DNA from: Octopus vulgaris
Taxonomy: Eukaryota
Direction: 5' to 3'
DNA: 64,000 nucleotides
Assembly: GCA_951406725.2 (NCBI GenBank)
Contig: OX597816.1
Location: 30,380,001 to 30,444,000, forward strand
Below the pieces are notes generated by a model, which did no database searches, was not told where the DNA came from, and saw only the letters and a list, made by a program, of their open reading frames with translations. Positions 13,961 to 26,132 of this stretch are shown in pieces (position 1 is the stretch's first letter; the number at the start of each line of letters is the position of its first letter). The position numbers were made by a program, and so were the translations under genes.

Positions 13961-15077
13961 ATTCTGTTATTTTAATAATCATTAGCACATCCAAGTAAAA
14001 TGATATCAGGCTTCTTATGAATTATTTTGTGCATCAGTTTCATACACAAATATTCATAATATTTATATTTACGGTTTCTAAGACAGATGGAGGAGGTTCA
14101 TACGAGTATCACAAAAATATTTTATGTAATGACTTGAAATACAATGACCAAGCATATAAAATGTCTTGTTTTACTGTTATGTGTTGACATTGTATCAATA
14201 GTGTATATTGCTTCAAGAAATAGATATTCCTATGAATGTCTCTAGTAGTGATGTCTTGTTTGTATATAGCAATTATTATTGTTGTATTTGTTCAACCAGA
14301 CACAGTCACATTTTCATTGCCAATCATCTGATGTAATTATTGGTAACACTTTTAAGTTGATTCATTATAGGCCACATATTTGCCAGTTTAATACCTTTCT
14401 CTTCTATTGTCTTGGCTTTAAATTCGTGTTGTTTCAAAATTTTTATCTAATTTCTTGGTAGAATATATTTTACTGCAACCAAGATTTACTACTTTTCTTT
14501 CCATTAAGAGGTCACATTGTTTGTGATGAGCTTAAAAGTTAGCACCTAAAATGAATAGTTTATTTCTTAAATTGCTCTCTTAACAATCAATATTTCTGAT
14601 ACTACATTATCTTATGAAATACTGCTGTTTAATTTTAGATTTATAATGTTACATTTTTAGCATTGTTGGGAAGAGTCTTGGAGTAGTTTTTAGTGATGTA
14701 ATGTTTCAATGCAACAAAGCTATAGGCTATGGTTTGAACTGTCTCAGCCTGGTCATCTCCAAAGAATCAAACAAGTAAAAGATAAAAACAATAAACTTGA
14801 ATAACCAAGAATTACTTCTGTCATTATTTTTTTATTTGTTTCAATTATTTGACTGTGGCCATGCTGGGGCACCACCTTGAATGATTTTTTTTTCTGTCTA
14901 ATAAATCAACTCCGGGATTTAGTTTTTTGAGCCCAGTACTTATTCTGTTGGTCTCTTGCTGAACTGCTAAGTTATGGGGGTATAAACACACCAACACCGT
15001 TTGTCAAGCAGTAGTGGGTACAAACACAGACATAAAGACACATACACACACACACATAAACACATACATCCCTCTCT

Positions 15078-15115
<38 letters not shown>

Positions 15116-15392
15116 ACACACCGTGTATTAGCCGGTGTTTTTCAAATGATGAATAGCTTTGCGTAAACCATTGGTTCGTTTTGTTCTCTTACTTTATTAT
15201 CATCTTATAATCATCTCATAATAATGACTTTTATGACTCCTATTACTACCTCAGTCAATCTAAATGTATATATTTGTCGTTACCTGTCATAAAAAGCCTT
15301 TTTCTATTTGCAATGTGCATTTTCGTTGATTTTTCATATTTTACCCTTACATTTCCACGTGTATTTTATATTTTCTTTTTGTAACATATTTC

Positions 15393-15460
<68 letters not shown>

Positions 15461-16457
15461 ATACACAATGGGCTTATTTCAGTTTCCATCTAGCAAATCT
15501 ACTCACAAGGCTTTGGTCAGCCTGAGGCTATACTAGAAAATATTTGTCCTCACAATGGGACTGAACCCAGGACCATATGGTTGGGAAGCAAGCTTCTTGC
15601 CATGCAGCCATGCCTGTGCTTTAATTGTAAACATTTTCCAAAAATTGCCTTCCAAAATCATTCTATTTTCCCCTTCATCTCTATGATGTTACTGCATATT
15701 GTTTTGAGGAATTTAAGGTTACATTTACAACAACAGTTTTGAAATAATTGGTTTTTCAGATGCCTATACTCTACACATCTATTATTTAAGTTTGATGATC
15801 TCTCTAGGGAGGATCTGCTTTGCTAATTAATTTGTTAGAAATAGCAACCAAATAACCCTAAATTACATCTTAAAAAGTATACATTGTTTTATATAATCTG
15901 GAGGGTTGTTAATGCCTGAGAGAGAAAATGGTAGGTCAGCTGTGTTTGAGTTGACCTGGAGTTACACAATAACATTATTTCAGATGGACTTTGTTTAAAG
16001 AAATATTTTGGTTGATTTTTAGAATTTTATTCTTATAAACTGCCATTAAAATATAACTGAGAGTGAGATAGGTTGAGTTAAGAGAAGCACTTGCTATGAA
16101 TATAGCACTAGGGAATTGAAAAACCCAATGACAGGACTCTAACAACAACATCGAAAACAGTACGTATGCAACAAGATGCATACACACATATATATGCACA
16201 CACATACACACACACACACAGATGTGATTTATAGACAACACCCAAGATAGATTATTACAATCTGGGATGGTAAAAATAGAGAACCTTAAACAAACACAAT
16301 AATAATAATAGTAATAATAACAACAACAACGATGATGATGATGATGATGATAACAATGTTTTAAATTTTGACTCAGGGCCAGCAGTTTTTGAGGGAAGCA
16401 GGGATTAGAATGTTTGAGCTCTATCAACTATGATAATAATAATAATGATAATAATAT

Positions 16458-16808
16458 GTTAAGTTAAGTTAATTTTTTGGCTCAAAAAGCAAAAAGCAAG
16501 GCCATGTAGGGGGACATGGAGTTATGTACAGGGAGGATGTTCATGCAAAGAGTTCAGGCCATTTCTGGTCATGAGAGACTTTGAACCAAGCGGTCGTCGG
16601 CATCTTCACTATCTCGTCCGGACGGAGAAAGCCCCTCTCCTTTGATTGAGATGAAATCGTCGCAGATAGAGAGAGCTTTTCGGAGTGACCCCGCAGCCCA
16701 CGCTCTGGAGCAGCACTTTCCGCTTATGATGTTGTGAGCAAGAATGAGATCACCACGGCGTCGTCGTTTTTCTAGAGAATAAAGGTCGAGCGTCTTCAGC
16801 CTTTCTTC
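16458..16808 (-). mobile_element. CR1-clade LINE 3' fragment
   Basis: Minus-strand translation LKTLDLYSLEKRRRRGDLILAHNIISGKC is a typical CR1 RT C-terminus; short tandem tail (ttaac)n. Confidence 0.75.
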
Positions 16809-17651
16809 ATAATAATAATAATAATAGTTTCAAATTTTGCCACAAAGGCAGCAATTTTGGGGGAAAGGGATGATTCGATCACATCAAACCCAGTGTTCAA
16901 TTGGTACTTATTTTATTGACCCTGAAAAGACAAAAGGTAAAGTTGACCTTGGCGGAATTTGAACTCCGAGCATAGTGATGAACAAATTACCGTTAAGTGT
17001 TTCGTCCAGCATGCTGATGATTCTGCCAGCACACTGCCTTAAGAATAATAATAATAATAATAATAATGATAATAATAATAATAATAATGATAATAATAAT
17101 AATGATAATGATAATAATAATAATGATAACAACAACAACAACAACATCAACTATTGTTTTTAATTTAATAAATATTAATAACCTGGCAGAAATGTTAGTA
17201 CGCCGGGCAAAATGCTTAGTGGTATTTCATGTCTTTACGTTCTGAGTTCAAATTCCGCCGCAGTTGATTTTGCCTTTCAGGGTCAATAAATTAAGTTTTG
17301 TACTGAGGTCGATCTAATCGACTGGCAGGGGGCAACAATGTTTTGGGCCTTGTGCCTAGAGTAGAAATGAATAAATATTAATAATGGTCCAACCCATGCT
17401 AGCATGGAAAGCGGACGTTAAATGATGATGAATGGTTTCCTTACTTGTTACAAGAGTCTCAGGAGATATAATGAAGACAAATTGCAAAATTATGAAACTG
17501 AGGTGTTGATGGTAGGAGTGATATTACTTTGTCTACAATACAGAATATAATATAATTATAATTATAATATAATAATTCTGTAGAAGATAATGGTAATTCC
17601 TCAACTCAGGAATTCAGACAAAATGGTGTATATGTATAGAAATTATAAAAT

Positions 17652-17935
17652 ACAGGGTGGTATCAAAAAGTTCCCAGACCAGTTCTGCAGCGCACCAACA
17701 GATGGTAACATATGGTTGTGTGTGCAGTGAGAGTTAGCAGTGACCTTCATGAGGCAGTGTGCCAAGAGACATTGCTGGGTTTACTTTGCAAGTTGTAAAA
17801 TTTGAGTTTTTGTGATGATGTGTATGCTGTAGTCTGCAATTTTGTCATGGACAGGAAGTTGGAACAAAGAGCCAATGTGAAAGTTTCGAGTGGCATGAGC
17901 ACTTCAAAAGTGAAAGAATGTCCCTGGAAGACCTG
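17652..17935 (+). mobile_element. Mariner 5' fragment, internally deleted
   Basis: TA-cagggtggtatcaaaaagttc TIR-like start; MDRKLEQRANVK and FEWHEHFKSERMSLED HTH-region remnants. Confidence 0.65.
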
Positions 17936-18943
17936 TCATGTGCATCACCACCGGACATGTGGTATTGTGTATCAGGCGACGAGCTGGCAGAAACGTTAGC
18001 ACACCTGGTTAAATGCTTTGTGGTATTTCGTCCGCCGCTGCATTCTGAGTTCAAATTCTGCCAAGGTCGACTTTGCCTTTCATCCTTTCAGGGTCATGTT
18101 ATCTCCTTTTCCCTTTCTTCTTTTGTTCGTCTTCTTTGCCTGGTTCTTTTTGTTGCCCTTTACCCAACCTTTCCAAAATCCCCCAAATTTTTATACCCAC
18201 AATTAAAGATAACCGCCTTTAGCCCCTGCAGCAACACGCAAAGCTACCATTATTCAAACAACGCAACCTGTCTATCCTATACAACTCAATTTTTTCCATA
18301 TTCCTCACCATGGCAACCAAAGCAGTAGCCCCGAGCAACTTTCAACCCTTCTCAGACAATTGCCCACACCATTTTACTCCTCAGTGTAAGTTTTGATGCC
18401 CATCCGACCCCATCAACAAGTGAGACAAATAACCAAGAAGTCAAACAACTTTTTCACATTTCAGCTTTATAGATATTGATATTTCTCCTAAAAGGAACAA
18501 CCACCTTTCGAATAATTAAGGAACTCAACTGCTCTGCCTAATGACATTTACGCTCTCCGAAATTCTTCATGTGTCTTACAGCATTTTTTCTGAGCAGGTC
18601 CATTTACTCAGGCAATGTTAAACACTTTCATGCATTTTGCAGCAAATTTACTGGGGAAGGGAGAACTTTGTAACAAAAATAATGGTTTCTAACTGAGGCA
18701 TAAAATCAGCAGTTCTAAGGGGAGTGGAGGAGTCAGTACCATTAATCCTAGTATTAGACTGGTATTGTATTTTATCAATCCAGGTAGGATGAAAGGTGAA
18801 GTTGACAACAGCAGACTTTGAAGAGAGCAGGAACAAAAACTACAAAGCATTATGTTTGATAACAACTGTTGCTGCTGCTGCTGTTGTAGTTGTTGTTGTT
18901 GTTAAACAACAAGACGGGTAAGGGTGATTGGGTGATGGTCTAG

Positions 18944-19175
18944 GGCGGTGAGCTGGCAGAATCGTTAGCATGCCGGGTGAAATGCGTAGCCATATTTCGT
19001 CTGCCGTTACGTTCTGAGTTCAAATTCCGCCGAGGTCGACTTTGCCTTTCATCCTTTCGTGGGTCGATAAATTAAGTACCAGTTACGCACTGGGGTCGAT
19101 GTAATCGACTTAATCCGTTTGTCTGTCCTTGTTTGTCTCCTCTGTGTTTAGCCCCTTGTGGGTAGTAAAGAAATA
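18944..19175 (+). mobile_element. SINE family B, young full-length copy
   Basis: 13-bp TSD gatggtctagggc at 18934-18946 and 19176-19188. Confidence 0.85.
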
Positions 19176-19443
19176 GATGGTCTAGGGCTTAGGGGCGGGA
19201 GACCCCAGACCTTGGAATAAAAAACAACTTTGGTCGTCTTGTTGTAGTCGAGGGTTCTTCGTTGACGCCCGACACCACTGGGAGGTGGCCCTCGAAGTCA
19301 CTGGAAATGGAGATCTTCAGGTTCAAATTCTTGCACAGCTGCTGTTGCTGCTGCTGCTGCAGCATCATCAACAACAACAACAACAACAACAATGATGATA
19401 ATAACATTAATAATTGGATGTCTTTACCGTCGGTGTTTTTCAG

Positions 19444-19558
19444 GATCTAAGGGTGATGAGGACATACACGAGCAGTGCCTGTATTGGACTAATCTCTCCA
19501 AGGGATTTTGTTGATGTCATCTATGCTGTCAATACTGATAAATATATAGCAACTTGTG
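19444..19558 (+). CDS. STARD5: START-domain lipid transfer protein (STARD5-like), internal exon
   Basis: tttttcag|GAT acceptor and G|gtgagt donor; encodes DLRVMRTYTSSACIGLISPRDFVDVIYAVNTDKYIATC with the ISPRDFVD motif of the STARD4/5/6 subfamily; 115 nt, ends in phase 1. Confidence 0.9.
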
Positions 19559-19899
19559 GTGAGTTTCGAATTTTAATACATATATATATATATACATGTA
19601 CACACACATACTAACATACATATGCACACACATATATACATGTAATATTTAACAAGTTGATTAAGCTCCACATTTCTCAGGGACTCATAAAGCGCAGATG
19701 CCTATCTACATCTTTAGACATACTGAGTTAGACTAAGGAGAATCTAAAGATGGCTTCAGGGTGAGAATATTTGATTAGTTCAAGAGTGAACAGTTTGATA
19801 AAACAGAGACACCTGTTAATTTTATACATGCTACCACACAGCTGAGGGGACAGTCAGGTCATCTTGTATTTAGTAATCTGTTACTTGTCAAATGAACCA

Positions 19900-21470
19900 A
19901 CTTGCCATGTGACCCCTATATTGCTCCTAAGACTCAAAAATCCAATGTTCTTTCTAATTCTAAATGCAGGTTAATCAACTTGTCCCAGAGCAAAATTGAC
20001 ATTGTCAGAAAATTCCTGATGCTTTCAACTCTGATATCAGAAGGGCCATAGCATTTAAAGATTTTGACTTGTCATCGACTGATTCCATGACATCAAGACT
20101 AAAGCAGCCTGCAGATTTATTTAGCTTGATGTCAAGGATATTTGTTCTTTCATATAGAAATCCTCTGAAAGCCCTACACTTTTGGGAAACAATTATCTAG
20201 ACCACAGTATAAGAATGTAGGAAGTCTCTCCTATTCAATGAATGTTTCTTACTGAGTGGAAATGAAAAGTGATCCATCGTTTGGCTTATTCATTGAGAAT
20301 AATGTGACAAATACAAGATCACTGACTTTGTCAGGTTTTTAACCTGGATGTCCTATAAGAACATATAAACTCCTACAGTTCACCAATCTGAAGTCTTAAA
20401 AATAGCTTTGACAGTAAAACTGCTTTATACTAATCACTCGTATGGTATTCTTAGCACTCCACTAGCAACGGATGCCGGTCACCGAATTTTTTAATCGAAG
20501 TCGAAATCAAACTCGGTGACCGGCATCCGTTGCTAGTGGATCGCTAAGAGTACCATACGAGTGAGATCGTTGCCTGAGCAACAAACTGGCCTTTGTGCAA
20601 GTGGCACATTAAGCACACCATTCGAGCATGATCGTTACCGCATCGCCTTACTAGCACTTGTGCTGGTGGCACATGAAACATTCGAGCGAGGGCGTTGCCA
20701 GTGCCGCTGGACTGGCTCCTGTGCAGGTGGCACATAAAAAGCACCATTTGGACGTGGCCGTTGTCAGTACCACCAAACTGGCCCTCGTGCCGGTAGCACG
20801 TAAAAGCACCCACTACACTCTCGGGGTGGTTGGCGTTAGGAAGGGCATCCAGCTGTAGAAACTCTGCCAGATCAGATTGGAGTCTGGTTCGCCAGACCTC
20901 AGTCAAATCGTCCAACCCATGCTAGCATGGAAAGTGGACGTTAAATGATGATGATGATGATGATGATGATGTTGTCATCAAAGATATGCCTTGTTAATGA
21001 ACTTCAAAGTATTAGCCACTGATACCTTAGAGAGACCTCACTACCCCTAGCTGGCCCATGTTTATTTATAGAGTAAACAATCCTCATTATCACATAGTGA
21101 ATTTATTCCTTTCTGCCTACCAGCATCATGGCCTAACAGCATTCAAATAAAGCCTAACAACATTCAAATAAAATTACATAACATGCAAACTGAATTTTAA
21201 CCTAAGACCTCACTAAATTGGTTACCTCACCACATGAAACAATTTACTCTTATCAACATCAGTGTCTGGATTTTTTGCTAAGACTTGAGATGAACATTCT
21301 CACCAACATAGTGAGTAGTCAGATCACAGCAAACTAAAGCTACAGCAATAATTTCCTGAGAATATGAACTTACCATTCCATCACACTTGCTGAAAAAAAG
21401 AACATTGTGTCATTGTGTTGCTATTTAGAAACAATTTCATGTATAAAAGCAACTGCTGGCAGAAATTTTC
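19900..21470 (+). pseudogene. Decayed Penelope-like element reverse transcriptase ORF, interrupted by a family-C insertion
   Basis: Frameshifted remnants SKCRLINLSQSKIDIV, DAFNSDIRRA, FHDIKTKAACRFI*LDVKD, LKALHF and ECRKSLLFN occur in the order of the PLE RT motifs KCRLINP, FIxFDIxxFYPSI and RKSLLF; the downstream part (20971-21470) is weaker. Confidence 0.6.
20490..20970 (+). mobile_element. Retroposon family C with inverted 5' end
   Basis: (GAT)n tail at 20945-20970; 5' portion duplicated in inverted orientation at 20434-20485. Confidence 0.75.
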
Positions 21471-22029
21471 AAACATGTTGTGCTGTGGCTTAAATGATTC
21501 AGCCTAAGTTTGACTAAATTGCGAGCAGAAAGTAAACTGAGATTGTCAGATATGGTTGGCAACCAGCCTAAGAAAAGAACAATTCTGACTTGAAACCCAT
21601 GAAGATAAGACTCATTAATCTAGTCAAGTCCTTTTCCTAGGGGAGAGAAATTTTGATATACTATCTATGACCAGAGAAATTCACTGTTCCCACCTTAGTT
21701 AAGTGGGCCATAGCAGATGAACTTTGGAGGTAAAGACAGGAGTTAGCGCCGCTAACCTTGCATTCCAACTAAAATGTCCAAGGATACATTCATCTGTACA
21801 ACTCACTCTCCTCTAACCATTCATGAGATGGGAAGGGGTGAAAACTGCAATGAATAAAACTGGTGGAAGACAACACAGTTCCATACCAAGATACTAGAAC
21901 AGCCCATCTGGTAGTTACTTTTTGTTGATAATGCTGATATATTATCCATACAGCGTCAGCTCTGCTGCTTATAACATCATCTTCTATAGAGATTGATTGA
22001 AAGTCAGCTTGTAGAAGACAGGACAAAAT

Positions 22030-23000
22030 TAACCATCAGCCCACATCTCATAAAGATTACCACCTTGTTTATAACATAATTAGTGAGACAGTGCTGAAGA
22101 AGCTTTTCAGTTCAGCTACCTAGAAAGGCATCATCTCATCAGATGCCAAGATCAACAAAGTGTTTGATAGCTAACTGACAAAGCAAACAGCATGTTCAAT
22201 AGACTGTACAAAGAAAGGGTTCTAGTATAGCCAATATCAGAGTTATATAGTAAGAGAACCATCCGAATGTGGCCATTGCGAGCGCTGCCCTGACTGGCCT
22301 CCATGCCGGTGGCACGTAAAAAGCACCATCCAATCGTTGCCGTTTTCAGCCTCATCTGGCACCTGTGCCGGTGGCACGTAAAAAGCACCCACTACACTCA
22401 CGGAGTTAGGAAGGGCATCCAGCTGTAGAAACACTGCCAGATCTGACTGGGCCCGGTGCAGCCTTCTGACTTCCCAGACCCCAGTTGAACTGTCCAACCC
22501 ATGCTAGCATGGAGAGCGGATGTTAAATGATGATGATGATGATGATGACGATGATAGTGACTGTTCACCCTCCTCTACCATTCCAAGACATGCATTAAAT
22601 ACCGTTCACTTCTTGAGTTCCTCTTCTATCACTGCTTTCATGGTTATTTCAACGCCTACAGTAATAGCTTTGTTAGTAACACTGCAGTCTTGGAACAGGT
22701 GTAAGGTAGCAGTATAGAGGCTATACTGTTAGAGTTACAGTTGCCCTAGGAAGTGAACATTTTCAAGATGGAAAATATATTGTTTGCCCAAGACTGTGCT
22801 GAATAACAAACTCACCACTGGCTGCTGTTGCAGAGGGGCACGAAGAAAAAGATACTACTCTCTGAAGAAATCCTTTGATATACCGCTCATTGATCTGTCA
22901 CCTCCAAGAATGAACGGCAGACTGAACTTATGGTTAAAAGGCAAATAAGTAAGAACCATGACAAAGCAGCATCAAACCCCAAACAGAATTTCCCTCGCAG
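22030..23000 (+). pseudogene. RTE/BovB-like LINE RT remnant interrupted by a family-C element (22253-22555)
   Basis: Frameshifted remnants FSYL, IISSDAKINKVFDS, FNRLYK, FVSNTAVLEQV, SIEAILLELQL and LPKTVL. Confidence 0.65.
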
Positions 23001-23260
23001 TCTCTGTAGCCAGGTCAGCCTGTTTCATAATAGCCTGGTCAGCAAGCAGTGTGTTTCAAATTGAAGTGAAATCATTTTGTCACACTTCATTTACAAAGCC
23101 AAGCTATGATATAAAACACTAATTCAGTGTCTTACTGTCTGTTATCTCACCAGTTCTGCAATCTCTTGTTTTCCTTCATCTTCACAACAGGTGTAATCCC
23201 AAGTTGTATAAGTTGTATAAGATAGTTTAAGTAAACAAATAGTAAAATAAAGTGAAATCC

Positions 23261-23532
23261 TGTTGTGTCTGGGGAGAGTCATTCTCTTTTAGTGCCTTAT
23301 TATTTAACACACTCACCGGTAAAATTTCCACTTATTTCTTATTCTTATTTTCTGACTATTGAAAAGGTTGCAGGATGCAACGAAAAAATTTTAGAAAATA
23401 AAAATAAGAAATAAGTGGAAATTTTACCGGTGAGTGTGTTAAATAATAAGGCACTAAAAGAGAATAACAACAGAATATGCTTCAACACACGAACTCATAT
23501 AAAGAATCTTGCAAACCAAGTCCCAAAACAAA
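23261..23532 (+). mobile_element. Fold-back Penelope pLTR-like element with an HHR-like loop
   Basis: Inverted arms about 23281-23353 and 23393-23465; 12-bp TSD aaagtgaaatcc at 23249-23260 and 23533-23544; CTA-TTGAAAA-G-GTTGCA(GGA)TGCAAC-GAAA...TAG at 23356-23394. Confidence 0.65.
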
Positions 23533-23680
23533 AAAGTGAAATCCATTATCTTTACCTTTATTATTCTAGGTTTGAGAAATTTTAAGAAAATATCTGTAAA
23601 ATTGTTTAAGGTTGGCAAATACTGCTTGAGAATATTTTAACAATATTTTACCAATGCGTTTTCATATATTTCTTTTTCAG

Positions 23681-23774
23681 CTGTCAGCATTGAATCAGAG
23701 CAATGTCCTCCGTTGTCTGCTTATGTAAGGGGCTGGAATCATCCTTGTGGATTAATCTGTTGCCGAGTTCCCAA
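23681..23774 (+). CDS. STARD5: STARD5-like penultimate exon
   Basis: tttcag acceptor and AA|gtaaga donor; 94 nt, phase 1 to phase 2; encodes AVSIESEQCPPLSAYVRGWNHPCGLICCRVP, matching the VRGxNHPCG motif. Confidence 0.92.
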
Positions 23775-23779
23775 GTAAG

Positions 23780-23836
<57 letters not shown>

Positions 23837-24365
23837 GCTACTACTACCACTACTACTACCACTACTACTATTACTACCACCACCACCACCACTACTACTA
23901 CTACTATTAGTCTATATTATCAACCCCAATATATGCTGGTCTGTTTACATCCTCATAACTTAGTGGTTCGGCAAAAGAGACCAATAGAATAAGTAATAGG
24001 CTTAAAAAGAATAAGTCCTGGGATCGATTTGCTCAACTAAAGGCCACAGTCAAATGACTGAAACAAGTAAAAGAGTAAAAGAGTAAACTAAGTTTCAATG
24101 TTAGAAATACATATTTATAACATCATCATCATCATCATCGAAATAAAAAGAAACAGGAAAAAGAGAAATAAGGAAGGAAAAGAAAGAAAAGAAAAAAGGG
24201 TGGGGTGGAGTTAAAGTAGCTGAAGACAGACAGGGATGGGTGATGGGTTGCATACCCCAGAACAAATGGTGTGGTCAGCTACCCCATAGTAATGACTATG
24301 ATGAGTGTTGCTGCAGAAAATGGCCAGTGGGACTTGCTGCAGCAGCCATTCTATCTCTACATCCA

Positions 24366-25156
24366 TTGGGTTGTCCGGAAAGTTTGTGCCAATTTTTAAA
24401 GGAAAGAAAAATGTCAATAAATACCTGCAATTAAATTTTTAATCAACCAAATATGAACCATTTTGTTGCACAATGCATCTCCATCTTTCTTTTAAATCGA
24501 AAATACCGTCTTCCCAGAATTGAGGTGGTTTCATGGCAAAGAATTCATCAAGGTATCTTTTTACGTCATCCAAGGAATTGAAATTTTTACCATTAAGACT
24601 ATTCTGCAGAGACCTGAATAAGTGGAAATCCGAAGGAGCAATATCTGGTGAATATGGAGGGTGGGGTAACACATCCCAGCTGAGCTGCAGCAATTTTTGT
24701 CTGGTTCCCAAAGCATCAAGTGCCAAAAATGAACTTTCTTATCTTTGATTTTAACCCTTTCGTTACCAACCTGGCTGAAACCGGCTCTGGCTTTGAGTAC
24801 AAATGTCTTGTTTTCATAAGTTTTGAATTAAAATCTTCCACCAAAGCTTAGTCACAATTTATGTTCCTAAAATTAACTGAATGATAACCAAGTTATTTTA
24901 CTAAATTCTTTATTATATTTAAAGTAATTGAAAGGAACATAGAGTATATCAAAATAAATACAGTAACAAAAGGGTTAAAGGGTTACAGAATTAACACAGG
25001 TTATAGGAACATAAATCTTCTTCCACTTAGAAGATAGCGTAAACTGTGCTCTAAATGGAGGTGTAGCCAAATCCTATTTTATGGACTCAACCATGTTCTA
25101 AAATAAGTCAAAATGTAAGCTACTATAAATTGGCAAGTACTTTCCGGACAACCCAA
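24366..25156 (-). mobile_element. Internally deleted mariner element
   Basis: TIRs ttgggttgtccggaaagt and actttccggacaacccaa; transposase C-terminus with HPPYSPDIAPSDFHLF (24439-24726) joined to N-terminal remnant DKKVHFWHLML. Confidence 0.9.
24755..24974. mobile_element. piggyBac-type MITE nested in the mariner
   Basis: TTAA TSDs and CCCTTT...AAAGGG termini; second copy at 29089-29309. Confidence 0.85.
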
Positions 25157-25219
25157 CATTTCTATGCTAATGCCTTTCATACTTCATTCCTTATATTTTT
25201 CTTTTTATTTATTTTCTAG

Positions 25220-25385
25220 TGAACCAAACAAGACCAAACTGGTGAACCTGATTCAACCAGATCTGGGCGGTATGGTACCACGAGGCTTAGTGGAAGCTGC
25301 TATGCCGCCCTCCATTGAAGGCTTTTACATTAATTTGAACGGTGCTCTGAAAGACGATGGCAAACTCATATCATCAGATGAATAG
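25220..25385 (+). CDS. STARD5: STARD5-like terminal coding exon
   Basis: ttttctag acceptor, phase compatible with the previous exon; (N)EPNKTKLVNLIQPDLGGMVPRGLVEAAMPPSIEGFYINLNGALKDDGKLISSDE* matches the START C-terminal strand and helix; AATAAA at 25387-25392. Confidence 0.92.
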
Positions 25386-25888
25386 AAATAAACCCGGTGA
25401 CCAACTTTGCTGATAATATATCTAACCATACATTCATCCAATCAATATTAGATATGAAAGAACCATTACTATATGTACCCTTAACAAACATCACAATAGA
25501 CATTTCTATATGTACCCAATAATTATATTTCTAAACATACCATTAATGCAATAACAAACATTTAAAAAATGCACCCTTAACAAACATATATATATATATA
25601 CACACATACACACACGTATACCTTTAGCTATACTGTAACATACATTACTGTCCCCTAAACAATATAACAACATACATTTATAAATGTATTCTTAAAAATA
25701 CATTTATAAATGTCCCATTAACAACACTTTCAAAAACACAATGCCCTCTCCACCCCTCAATCCCACCCAGCCACCTGCTACAAACACCTACCTAAAAGGT
25801 ATTAGTATTCCCTTACCAAAACAATAACATACTTAATTGTTTTCTTACTAACAACTTCAGAAATGTTTTAAGCAATTATTGTTATTGA

Positions 25889-25935
<47 letters not shown>

Positions 25936-26070
25936 GTATTACTACTACTACTACTTTAATTATAATCTGGGATCAAAATTTTAATTCTAGAATTATTCTA
26001 GAATATTGTATAACATTATTATCAGTAATATTGTGTATGTGTATGTACTTACACACACATAAGTGCTCAT

Positions 26071-26132
<62 letters not shown>

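Noticed and set aside
20560-20810. Short repeated gtggcac/aaaagcacc units resembling a CRISPR array
   Set aside because: Internal degenerate tandem repeats of a eukaryotic retroposon; no unique spacers and no cas genes
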